Source: Amphiscolops sp. MND2022 (lineage: Eukaryota). Taken from it: 60,000 bases of DNA. A model generated the notes under the pieces. It ran no database searches and was not told where the DNA came from. It saw only the letters and a program-made list of their open reading frames with translations. Location: positions 98,334,001-98,394,000 of the forward strand of contig OZ076409.1 in assembly GCA_964187785.1 (NCBI GenBank), in the 5' to 3' direction. This document shows positions 47,266-58,544 of this stretch, piece after piece. Within the stretch, counting starts at the first letter, position 1; every line of letters begins with the position of its first letter. A program made the position numbers and the translations under genes.

Positions 47266-49440
47266 CTGAACAACACACTCTTCATTCCTCAGGTCTAACA
47301 TTCAGTTCCAAAAGTAACCCCTATCTCAACAATTCAGAAGAGCTCCCCTGTAAAGTCTACCCTGTAGACTTACGCGAATGTACGAACTAGCCACTTGGAA
47401 AACATTGAGTTTTTGGGAATATTTGAAAACTTTACCGGAAAATGCACCATCGTTCTAACCCAATTTTCACACCGCTAATCAGCCATTTAGCGAATTAGCG
47501 ACCGCGCACGACTTTTAAAGCGACTTTATTAGCGATTCAAATTAGCGGCGGCAACCAATAGATTGTTCCAATTCAAAATTTCTTCCAAAAATACACGGAG
47601 TAGTGAAAAGAATTTCGAAAAAGTCGAACTCTTACACTGGTAAAACTCGCACAGTGTGAGAAATTTTAGTCTTTTTTGCAAAAAGTGAACAGAGTTATCA
47701 ATGAATTTTCGAACAATCTTGAAGTTTGAAAAACTTTTCATCGAAATAGCGATTTTGAAAATAGCGTTTAGCGAAAAAAAGCGATGTCAACACTCTGCAC
47801 AATTGCAGAAATAATTAAAAAACGCGTTTATCGCTTGTTGTACTTATGACTTACGCGCAAACGCTTAAGCGGCGCTTTTCGGAAAAAAAATCGAAATTAG
47901 GTTTTCAGAGGCTGCAATTTCTTTCCAACATTTCGAACATTTGAAATTTTCGATCAATTACTCTTTTCTCAAACTACCACGACAAAAAATTTTCGTCTTC
48001 CAACTGTACTGGTGAAACGCCTAGTACAAAAAGTTGCCACAAAAACTATTGGGCACTTTTTGTTTCCAAATAACAAGCTAAAATTTCCGACCAATCAGGT
48101 AAGCGGAAATTTCAGTCGTCACTTTCGCCGTCGGCGCTCATTCGGCTATTACGTCGCTTTCGCTTCTTTAGCGCTTTCGCTTACAAGCGACCTAATTCAC
48201 TCGTGATCATAACTTTTTTCAGCAACCGAATTGTTTTTGATGAGGCTCAAGCAACCTAATTTTCCATGGTGATTGTTTCTAAAATGACGGGTGGACGGCG
48301 AAGCAACTTACTGAAGGCGTCGTAGCTTTTAACGGGCTTTCGGTTCATCTATAAAAGGACAATCGTGGCGCAGTATGCAGTGGTCGGTGAAACATTCTCC
48401 CATCAGAAAATGATGAGTGTGCTAAGGACTGTTTGTTTCGAAGGAAAAGTCGGCTGTGAGTAGTAAGGTATGAAGTGAACCCTCGATTGTCCAAACTGAT
48501 TAAATGCTTGAAAAATTAAACAAAATTCTTAACTTTAAATTAGCCGCATGTGCGCGGTAAATAAGTAGGAAACGATGGCTAGAACTATTGAAAAACTAAT
48601 TACATACTCAATTTTCATTTGCCTGTTTTTGGCCATTTTTGGCAATGTTTCTCAAATCCCAGTCATACGATTTTGATGCCATTGCGCACGCAGGAGCGCG
48701 TTTGGGTGTAGAATGACTGCTAAATTTTATACAAAAAGTATGGGCAGTTTTTGACAAATTTGGAATTTTTATTGAAAGGTCGGGAGAAAAAAAACGTCGC
48801 GATTGCATAAGTAGTCGAAAATTTTTCCCGACTCCAAATTAAAACATATAAAAGGGTCATTTTGGAATGATATATGCAATGGGCTTAATCGATGGAGTTC
48901 AAGAAAAGATGAATATCTTAAGTCTATAAAATCGAAGTTTCACTTTGCCGAAACGTTGGCTGGCTGATTTCATTGGCGGCAGGAATAACAAACGGATTGA
49001 TAAAACATCACAACAGCTCCACTGAGATGAGCCTCAGGTTTGGTAGAAAAACATATTGACGCAGTTCAACGTAAAACAGAGATGCTTAGAGAACGCACCA
49101 CGTCTTGGAAAACAATGGAGAACGAGTATGGAAAAACAACACATGGCAACGAAATCATCCAACCAATTTCCAACAAAATTTAGGACGGATCGGGGGAACA
49201 AAAGCTATGACGCACATACTCATGTTGTTTATACTGCGCATTTGTATTCGATAAAGTACGTCTTTCAACAAGTTGCATTCAAAATTGGATCAAAAATACT
49301 ATCCATGTTTTTTTTACTCCGCTACAACACTTATTTAAGAGATGAACCTTGATAGAAAAGACAATGTTCATCATCTAAGAAGATTCACATCCAAATACAC
49401 AGCGCCAAATTTATAATTTGCACCAAATTAGGATAAAAAC

Positions 49441-49836
49441 CAGGGCTGGGAAAAACATTTTCTGACCCAAATGAAACAGCGTTTCTTTTTTTTTTAAAAA
49501 AAACATGTTTGTTTTTCATTGTTTTTTGTCCACTTTGTTGCAAAAGTCGGCTGATAGCTTAATTTCAATGCAAATAAAGAGTACAATTATTCAGCGTTCA
49601 ACTGTCTGAAGAAAAATGTGGCCTTGCCAGCTTTCTCAACAAAAAAATTGTTCGAAGAGAACCATAGGTTAGGCCCAAAGTAGAGTTTTCCATGTAACTC
49701 ATGCCTTGTCGGAACTCTTCAGGTTTAAGATTTTTCTTTGGTGCGAGGCATAGCTACGTGGAAAAAACAATGTTTTTTTTCGTTATTGTTTAAAACATGT
49801 TGTTTACTGCTGTTTAAAACAAACGTACCAGCCTTG
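49441..49836. mobile_element. hAT-type MITE
   Basis: Ends CAGGGCTGG / CCAGCCTTG; 7/8 TSD ATAAAAAC / ATGAAAAC. Confidence 0.6.
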
Positions 49837-51596
49837 ATGAAAACAGGATTGATTTGAGAGTGAGAAGATTGCTTATAGCAGTGACGTCGATTCTCGGAGG
49901 TAACAGAGTCGGGTTAATAACCGAAACGAGAAACATCTGAAGATTAATTGATCTGAAGACTCCAAGACACTATAACTGGGTTGCCTTTCAAAAGGCTAAA
50001 TGTTGGCAAAGGAAATGTAAAGAAAGACATTCTTCCACTGATGAAACATCAATAATCAAAAGGGCAGTTCTTGAGTAAGATGCATGTTAGTTGTTCAGTT
50101 CAACTTGAACTTTTCTTGTTCTCATGACGCAAACTGTACGTCGCTGCAACATTTGAGAAACATTCAAACAATCCAATGCCATAGATGACATCTATGTTGC
50201 TCGATCTACGACGGTGACTCAAGTTTACACCAACAATATTTCTTGACAGGAAAGATAACATAAAAGACTCAATGCAAACGAACCAAAAGTCAACCAGAGA
50301 AAGGTTCCAAAAAGGCGCAAAATACGGCAAGTATGCAATACATCCAGCGAAAATACACCCGGAAGATACGAACCAAACAAACCATGCCCCAACTAACATG
50401 GGATGATAAATATAAACCAGTCCCAATATAAACCAGTTATCAAAACTCATCTTAAGGGGACCGTTCATTTAGACCCCGAAAAACTGAGGATGCCCGATAA
50501 TGAAATGTTCTCTGAGGCCCAAAAAATCTATCCTAGTAACTTGAGGCCCAAAACGAAAAAAAAACTAAAGACTGAATTATTTAATGATGAAACAAAATGA
50601 AGAACGAATGACAGAAAATTCTAAAACGAAGATTTCTAAAAAAAACATAAAACAAACTCATCGGGCGTCAGTTTCAATACTTTGTGACCCCAAATTACAT
50701 TAGCTTCGGGCCTCAACTATACTACCCATCGTAAGTTGTAACAACCTAATTATAAAATTAGTTATAATAACTTTGTTTTATAAGCGCTGATGATGCTGTT
50801 GGTAGACATAATAAGATACATGTATTCTGTAAATCTGTCCTCCACTTGATGAGGTTTTCAATTTTTGTATATGCGGGGACCGTTACTGACACTGCAAGGA
50901 GGCTCTGCAGCTTGCAGCGATTCGGCACTATCTCATTCCTCAGTTTAAAAATTGCCCCTCTGAACTCTGGGCCATCATTCCTGTTGCAGACCAACATAGT
51001 TTCGCTTCGCACGGTCCCCATAATGATAAGAGTAAATAAAATAGAAAAAAAAATAAGATACATGTATTTGATAAGTAATGAACCAATTAAAAGAACATTA
51101 GGCGACATTGTTCCAGTTTTCATTCTACAGAAGTACCCAATACCATAAAAGTATACAATACAAATAGAAAACCATTGTTGAATACGTCTCGAATATTGAA
51201 CTTCAAGAAGTAACCCTTTCAACATTGCCAACAATGTGTGCGAGTTCATGCATATTGCAACAGTATAACACTTCCATTTTTAAATTCATTTATCTCCGTC
51301 AAAAATCGCTCCCTCTGAAAACCATGAAAACCAAACAGCGGCTGAAATATTTTGGCAATATACATTCAAAAATCGCGGCAAAATTGAAAAAAACCTCAAA
51401 AATTTAAGAAAATGTTCTCGGCATTTTCAAAAACTTTCAGTGTTTTTAAAAGGGTCACATATCTCTATATATAAAGGCAACATAACTAATTTTTTCGTCA
51501 CAGAATTTTATGGCAGGAACTGTAGCTTTTGAACATAAAATTAGATATGGCGCAATTTTTTTGACTGAGAGGTTAACTGTTGGTACCGTTTATTAA

Positions 51597-52588
51597 CCCA
51601 AATTGATCTTGGAATTTTTGCAAATTTTCCAAAAATCTGATTAATTAATTAAGTTTTCAATAATTAATACCTCCACAACTACGCATACCAGAGAAATGAA
51701 CTACCAGCGCGTCTGGTATTGGGCTTGCATTTTGGTTAGGTACGGCCCGTTACGGTATGGGTCAAGGACTTTTGAGAAAACATGATACATGTGCCAAATA
51801 TTGGTATATTGGAAAAGTAAAACCATTTTTTTTGCAAAAAAAATACATTTTTCTTAGTTTTAGAGACATATTCAAGACCTTTTCTAATGCTTGTGCCGTT
51901 CAAAAATCAAACACGGTACAAATGAATTGTTAAAATAAAAGTTTGCTAGAGAATATGGGCCGACATTCCGACAAAACCGATCAGAAGTTGAACAAGCCGG
52001 GACCGGCCCAAGTCGGCGCCATATCCAAGGCTCAAAAATAGCAAAAAGACTTCCAAGTGTCAAGTATTCTTTTACAGTACTCGAAAATCGAAAGTTTTTT
52101 GAAAAAAAATTTTTCGAAAAAATTTTATACTCAAAAAAAATGGACCGAGTGGCGCGCCGAGTGTGAGACTGGTGCGCTAAAGTCTCACAATGCCGAAAAA
52201 CTGAAAGGGGGGCCCTTTGAGGTTTTTCAACATCCATTCTGTCGCAAAACATCAAAAAAATGCAGGGGGGACCCTTTGGGGAAAAATTTTTTTCGAGAAA
52301 AAAAAGTCTCGCAGTGCCGAATAAAAATGAAAGGGGGGAGCCTTTGGTCTCGCTCGGTACGGTATGTTACGCGGAAAAACAGGAAAAACTTTTTTGGTTC
52401 AGTTCGCTAGACTAAATAGTGCAATTTGGTGCAATAATATTTTGTAGAACTTTTAAGAACTATTTTGGTCAGTTCGTGTGGATTGAAAAAAAAAAAAAAG
52501 AAAAGTCACTATAATAGTCGCGTTTCACTTCATGAAGCGCCGACTAAAAAAAGTAGGCTGCTTTAGAGTACCGCTAGGTTAATAAGGG
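51597..52588. mobile_element. piggyBac-like MITE with a nested HINE family A copy (51992-52552)
   Basis: TTAA on both sides (51593-51596, 52589-52592); CCC/GGG termini with an imperfect 13-bp TIR. Confidence 0.65.
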
Positions 52589-53443
52589 TTAATGGAAATG
52601 CTGATTCACATTACTTGTAGCAATATCTTTGGTCAAGTGTACATGATTTTTGTCCTCATGCCAAATAAAGCTTTTATAGTCTCGCATTTGGATTTTTCCG
52701 GTGAAACTTCCGGCTTGGTTTACATTTTTGCATGTTTCAAAAATACTTTTTTTTCGAAAGGCTGTTAGTAGTTAAGATTTCCGCCGGCCTTTCAACGGGG
52801 GGGGGGGGTCCTCGGTTTTCACGGGGTGGGTCCTTGCTCTGAAATTTTAGGACCTATCCCTAAAAGGAAGGGGTCCTTCCAAATTGGTGTTCGGAAATAC
52901 TTCGGCTTTTGACTACGAAAGTAAATTATTGGTCGGATTCTTTTTGTATTCGTTTTTTGGATTCTTTCTGTATTCGTTTTTGGAATCGGATTTTTGCGAA
53001 AGTACATGTAAAAGCGTAGACACTCTTGTTTATTCTTTGAATGCCTGAAAGTTTGGAAAGTACTAACCTTGAAATTTTGTTGTAATTGAATTGTAAAGCT
53101 GGATTGACTAATACTGGTACAACTTTCTTGTAAATAAAGGGAGTGGTATTTCCAACTTTCTTATCTGTATGAACACTTAATATTATTAGGAATAGTAATA
53201 TGCGTTCCTCCAAATGTAGTGGTAGCGGTGTTCTTATTTCTACCTGTAAAATATCTTAACTTCCCAACAAATTCGTTTTGAATCTACATGTTGTTGCTAA
53301 CCCCTGACCTACCCAAGTTAAATTTAATATAACTGTAAACCACCATTCTTCGTTTCAACTCTTGTTTGAAAACAAAATGAATTTCACAAATTCAAGCTTT
53401 ATTATGCTGTTAACGTTATACAAAGAAAAATTAGTGAATGATA

Positions 53444-56400
53444 TTACTGTAATTCATTATCAATATAAAATTTGACTTTTTTCTGAGGAGGGGGACCACG
53501 GGTGGGAACTTCCACTGCTTCACAGTCTAAAAATACATTTGGTTGGGTATTGGGTAAGTCTTCTTCGAAATCAGACAACTCTGTTAGGTCAATAACGTCT
53601 GGTAATTCACTTTCTTCTATTGCATCTTGATTAAGTCCAGGGTCGGGTGGGGAAAATAAAGCTGGTTGGTTGGAGTTTGACTGTATCGGTGACTGAATAA
53701 AGTCCTCCTCCTCGTCCCCCCAATCGCAATCCGCCCCAATTTCTCTGAATATTACGTCGTCTCGCAAAGAATAATGTCCAAAAGGTAAGGTATCAACGCC
53801 GTTTGGCATTATATATCTTTTATCGTCAAAACAGCTTAGAGAAATTTTTGTCGTCTGCAAGGTAAACAGATTATGTCTTTCACTATTTATTGTGTAGTTT
53901 AATGTTCTAAGTAGTGTTTCTTTTTCGAGAATTCGATAAAATACAGAGTGTTGTAGGTTCTTTTGTGCATGTTTGGTGGTTCCTTTTGCAGAAATTTTTT
54001 GTTGATCACCCATCGCGATTGAATACAATTTTGATTTTAGTGCAACAATGCTGTGTATGATTTTACCACCAACTTCGTCTTTGAATTTCAAAGTTTCCAA
54101 CTTTTGATGTTTGGAATATAGTTGATTATCTTCTTTATAGTTTGAAAAGTCAAACTCTGGGTGCACTTGTTCGTTTTCTTTGAGGTCAGCGTATATGTCT
54201 TCCGATTCGATTTCATAAATTAGGGAATCTGTATCGGAGTAGAGCACTAATGTTCGGAAGTTTGGTTTCATGTACATGTAATGAAACCAGTACATATGTC
54301 GTTTAGATAAATCCAAGATGGTGGCGCCGACTATCGTTGGCTTGTCCCAGTAAATTTTGCGCTGTGCAAACGTTATGGCAGCCAACTGGTTGTTGAAAAT
54401 CTTGAACGTTTTCATCCACATTTTGCTTGTTTGCTTTTGCAACTCATCTTGCGTGCGGACAATCTCAATGGACAATCGTTTTCTTTTACTTTCCATGGTT
54501 TTACCAAAAGCAGAGTTGCTCATTAGTTTGAAAAAGTTTTCTTCAAACTTGTTTGTAGACGCTTTTCGTTTCATTGTGTTTAACTGTATATATGGCTGAA
54601 GCCATTTTGACTGTTCAAATTGCAACACTCTATGTACTTTGGTAACTTGTAACCCCAGTTCACAGTATAATTTCAATGTCATGTAATGTATAGTATAATT
54701 GGTTTTGTCGTAGAGTGTTTGGATCAACTTTTTGTTTTTTGTTGAAAAGGTCTTTGTTCCACTCATTTCCAGCAATCGTGTTTGATATTCACCGAGCCAA
54801 AAAAAATTAATTGTTTCCTTCGTAGGAGCCAAAGGGAAATCAGTGTGTAAATCGTGCAAATGATCAGGATAATGCAAGTCAACTTCCAATACATATCCAA
54901 CTGGTGAGTCATTTGGAGTATTTAGTATTTCTTGTAGGTCAACTTCGCCTTCTCTTTTCAATACAAAGTTTTTTAAAGGCAAGGGGAACTTTTCCATGAT
55001 TCCTCCATACAAGTTGTTTGCATCAATAAACAACCCAAATGTTTGCTTCTGTGAAGAGTTGTATGTTGGTAGATATTTGTTATTTGCTTCAAATTTGCGT
55101 TTTGCAAACACGGAAGAAATTCCTCCGCGGATTAGGTTTTCAGCAACTTCAAGGTGTTCTCGATTAGTTAGTAATTCGATATCTGCGTTGCACACTTTAA
55201 GGAAGGCTTCACCGGACAAATTTGACGCAGTATAAAAATGAGCACAATCCAGTCCGTAAGTTGCATAACACACTTTTCTAAACTCTTCGAATACCGAGGC
55301 CAAAATCAAAACATCGGTGTGTAAATATAAATCGTGATAGTGACCTAGTGTTTTGCAATCAAACTCTTGGTATACAAGACTAGCATGTTGTAAATCCTGA
55401 TCACTAATTGTGACTTCACCCCCTGCGAGAGTGTTTTTCCAAAACTCTTTTGGGGGAAGCTTTTCCTCGGCAAATTTATCGAAACTGTCCATGTATGAAT
55501 AGGGATAAACACCTTTCCTTTTCAGCAAGTCAATTTGCGACGGTGTTTTGTATGTATTGAATTGACTCTCCAGATAAATGAATTTATCCTGTGGTAAGAA
55601 ACCCGCCAGTTTATCTAGTGACTGGGGCATGAACTTGAAAGAGTCCAAGAATCGCATGTCTTCATATACATTTTTTGTCATTCCATTCTTGTCAGTATAT
55701 GAGTTTACCCACACAGAAAATGTGAAGGAAATGTACTTTTCGTCAGTTGTAGGAATAACTGAAAACTTGTTCTTTGGATTACAATTGTTGATTGCCGAAC
55801 AAATGTGGTGTATATCATATCCAGCCATGTTGTGTGCTATCACGGGGGTGAAGTTTATTGACTTCCTTTGTAGATTACATTCTGAATGTGCCCACCCTAG
55901 GAATGTACCACTGTAATGACAATGGTCCAACACTTTCTGCTCGTCATTCGTGAAAGGTTTTTTACAAATCCAACAATCATTTACAGTGTCTTTGTGCGTC
56001 GAAGGCTTGCCCTTGTAAATTCGGTGACTTTGTTTTCTTTGATAAATGTCTGTTGCCAATTTTTCCAATTCTTTTATTAAATCGTCCAAGCAATCGGGAC
56101 CTCGCATGATTCTGTAAGACAAAACTTTATCATTTCCATGTTCTACAATTACAAAAGCATAACCACAAGGCACATGTTTTTCCAACTTTACTTGACTGCT
56201 AATACTGGGTGAAGGAGCGCATGTAGATAAAGGCACTAGGAGCGCTTCAGTATCAAGGTAAATAACCAGTGGAACAAACCAAACTGCTCTTGTATTTTTG
56301 AATTGATGTATGTTTTTATGCTCATCGGGTAAAATGATCGCCGCGGCCTCGTTTTCGTAACAGTTGAGCTTGTGTATTTCGAAACTCCCGGTTGAACTAC

Positions 56401-57610
56401 AAATATGAAAACAGTTTCTGCAAATTTCATCCCTCGATCTACTTTGTTTATTTTTCAAAAAGTTTACAAAATGTTTCAAATCAGTAATCAGTACGTAGTG
56501 ATGAGAACCTCCTTCTGACAACAATAAAAGATCCATGATAAAGTCACTAGGGAATTTAGAGACTCTGAGAGGTAACAAATCTTTCTTCTCCAATATAAAC
56601 ACATTGACTTGGACTTTGTTGAGTTTTTCGAATCGTTCAAGTTCATGAAACGGCATTGGCATCCGAAAGTTGCCTGCATGCTTTTTTGCCAGAGGATTAT
56701 ATGTAGGATTATAAGTGCCTGGGTTTGTTTTGCAGCGCCACGAACTTGTTTCAACCAATGGTATGTCTGTGTGCAAGTGGTAAGCGGCCGTATAACAATA
56801 TATAAAGCAATTCTCATCTTCAATGTTCCGAATATTGAGTAGTGACCTACAACCTTGAAGTTTATTTGGAAGTGCGATGTAAGAGCTACCCCGAATGGGA
56901 GAATAGGATGTAAATTTAACAAAAAGGTTTTTAATTTCGGACAAAATCCACCCACTTCCTTGGGATGCAAAAGTAAATAAAGCTGAAGTAAGTTGTTCTA
57001 TCAATTGATAATAGTCGTTGTCTGTGATCCCATAAAAGTAAACTGGTTGCAACTTTGTGTTGGTATAAATTGTGATTGTCTCTTGAGAGTCATCATCAAC
57101 TTTCGGTTTAACTAACTTCAATTCAGTTGTTAATTGAAATTTCTTGGGTCCATTGCGACATTTTTCTCTAATAAGGTTTTGTATTTGATTTTTTTCCTTA
57201 CAAAGTAGTTCGAATAAATCAATTGATGTGATCCTTCGCTTGAGTTGATACGTTTCCAATGATCCCCAAAAGGCTTTTTCCACCTGTTGATAACCGGTCA
57301 TTCTTTCGATGTTGTCATTTTCGCGGGGTGTAAATATTGTTGGTAAACCATGATCATGCTCAAGATGATACGAGTATTTCGTAGCTTCACCGTAAACTAT
57401 GTTGCAATAAAGGCAATGATTTACTATTATATGTCCATGTTTTTGTAAAAAATGTTGTTTCATCGTAACCAGAGAAGTGTTTTGAAAATCACAATCGGAG
57501 CAAGCAAAAGGTTGAATTTTGGGTTGTGTGTTGTGTATATTTTGCTTGTGCCGACGCAAATTTCTCAAAGAACTATATGTTTTTAGACAAAGATCACACT
57601 CCACACCCAT
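53444..57610 (-). CDS. polB: Protein-primed family B DNA polymerase (Polinton type) with N-terminal C2H2 zinc fingers, a putative vOTU-like domain and an endonuclease-VII insert
   Basis: Uninterrupted ORF; first ATG at 57610, about 1388 aa. ExoI YLDTE, ExoII HNMAGYD, RFLDSFKFM, KGVYPY, ExoIII YLHTD; polymerase motifs DANNLYG, KLMSNSAFGK, YSDTDS; also GSGW and CWIC..DHCHYSG..AHSECN. Confidence 0.95.
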   Translation of the reverse strand: MGVECDLCLKTYSSLRNLRRHKQNIHNTQPKIQPFACSDCDFQNTSLVTMKQHFLQKHGHIIVNHCLYCNIVYGEATKYSYHLEHDHGLPTIFTPRENDNIERMTGYQQVEKAFWGSLETYQLKRRITSIDLFELLCKEKNQIQNLIREKCRNGPKKFQLTTELKLVKPKVDDDSQETITIYTNTKLQPVYFYGITDNDYYQLIEQLTSALFTFASQGSGWILSEIKNLFVKFTSYSPIRGSSYIALPNKLQGCRSLLNIRNIEDENCFIYCYTAAYHLHTDIPLVETSSWRCKTNPGTYNPTYNPLAKKHAGNFRMPMPFHELERFEKLNKVQVNVFILEKKDLLPLRVSKFPSDFIMDLLLLSEGGSHHYVLITDLKHFVNFLKNKQSRSRDEICRNCFHICSSTGSFEIHKLNCYENEAAAIILPDEHKNIHQFKNTRAVWFVPLVIYLDTEALLVPLSTCAPSPSISSQVKLEKHVPCGYAFVIVEHGNDKVLSYRIMRGPDCLDDLIKELEKLATDIYQRKQSHRIYKGKPSTHKDTVNDCWICKKPFTNDEQKVLDHCHYSGTFLGWAHSECNLQRKSINFTPVIAHNMAGYDIHHICSAINNCNPKNKFSVIPTTDEKYISFTFSVWVNSYTDKNGMTKNVYEDMRFLDSFKFMPQSLDKLAGFLPQDKFIYLESQFNTYKTPSQIDLLKRKGVYPYSYMDSFDKFAEEKLPPKEFWKNTLAGGEVTISDQDLQHASLVYQEFDCKTLGHYHDLYLHTDVLILASVFEEFRKVCYATYGLDCAHFYTASNLSGEAFLKVCNADIELLTNREHLEVAENLIRGGISSVFAKRKFEANNKYLPTYNSSQKQTFGLFIDANNLYGGIMEKFPLPLKNFVLKREGEVDLQEILNTPNDSPVGYVLEVDLHYPDHLHDLHTDFPLAPTKETINFFWLGEYQTRLLEMSGTKTFSTKNKKLIQTLYDKTNYTIHYMTLKLYCELGLQVTKVHRVLQFEQSKWLQPYIQLNTMKRKASTNKFEENFFKLMSNSAFGKTMESKRKRLSIEIVRTQDELQKQTSKMWMKTFKIFNNQLAAITFAQRKIYWDKPTIVGATILDLSKRHMYWFHYMYMKPNFRTLVLYSDTDSLIYEIESEDIYADLKENEQVHPEFDFSNYKEDNQLYSKHQKLETLKFKDEVGGKIIHSIVALKSKLYSIAMGDQQKISAKGTTKHAQKNLQHSVFYRILEKETLLRTLNYTINSERHNLFTLQTTKISLSCFDDKRYIMPNGVDTLPFGHYSLRDDVIFREIGADCDWGDEEEDFIQSPIQSNSNQPALFSPPDPGLNQDAIEESELPDVIDLTELSDFEEDLPNTQPNVFLDCEAVEVPTRGPPPQKKVKFYIDNELQ

Positions 57611-57677
57611 TTTGGAAAGTCGAGTGTTCCTCAATGTTGAGATTGAGAAAATGTTTTTGCACTTCGCTCCGATCAAT

Positions 57678-57925
57678 TAAGGAGGTGATTACCATTTATG
57701 GTATCCCGAGCGACTGAATTCTTTGAATTCTGATTCGATCACTATTTATGGTATCCCAGGTGCCATTTTTACCAAGAAAATTGTTTGCATGTTCGACTTT
57801 TAACAAGGCGATAACCAATTATGGTATCCCGAGAGACTGGATTTCTTTAAATTTTGATTCGACCACCTTTTACGGTATTCCAGGCGCCATGTTTTTTCCA
57901 GGAAAATTGTATGCATGTTCGACTA
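57678..57925. repeat. Two diverged 123-bp direct repeats upstream of polB
   Basis: TATGGTATCCC-like motif at 57697, 57747, 57820 and 57871. Confidence 0.75.
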
Positions 57926-58470
57926 ACTTTTTTTGTTTCCGTATATTCACTGCTGGGCATTATAGGGGGGAGGAACGGGAATTTTTTTTCATTTTTGCAA
58001 AAAGGTCAAATTTTCCATGCACCCCCCTTTTTCGAATTTCATTTTTTCAAAATCGTCTTGCGCACCTACCTGCAAATTTTCAGACCGATCCGACCAACAG
58101 TTTTTGAGAAAATTGACATTTTTTGTCAAAAAATGGCATTTTAAAAAAATGCATTTTTTGGTCAAAATCTCAACACTCGGTAAAGCTAGCGCCCTGCGGT
58201 TTTCACCAGCGTTTTCAGCGTCCTCTTTTCTAGTTGTGTGCCAAATTTTGGCTCCGAAACTTTTTTCAATGTTGAGAAATGTTTGTTTTTTTGACCGAAA
58301 ATGATCAAAAATTGAGTTTAAAAAATGTTCAAAATCTCGTAAACTACGCGACTTTTGAAATTTACTCCTGTGGAAAAGTCTTGTAAATTTTTCGCAAACT
58401 CAACTCTCAAAAACGATTTCCTAGGCTACTTTAAACAGAACTCTGCATAAAATGTCTTCAAATTTCGACG

Positions 58471-58544
58471 TGGTTAGTAAGCTTTTGACAGTATTTGGTT
58501 AGATTGGTTAGTAAGCTTTTGACAGTATTTGTTAGATTGGTTAG
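58471..58544. repeat. 33-34-bp tandem repeat (TGGTTAGTAAGCTTTTGACAGTATTT(G)GTTAGAT, about 2.2 copies)
   Basis: Direct reading; overlaps the stop codon of ORF 58541-59140. Confidence 0.85.

Noticed and set aside
50100..50468. 122-aa hydrophobic minus-strand ORF (also 50758-51249)
   Set aside because: No recognisable motif, AT-rich composition unlike true exons here, and overlap with dispersed repeats.
57611..57676. ORF-track N-terminal extension of polB (MIGAKCK...)
   Set aside because: Begins at a non-ATG codon; the first ATG at 57610 directly precedes zinc finger 1.
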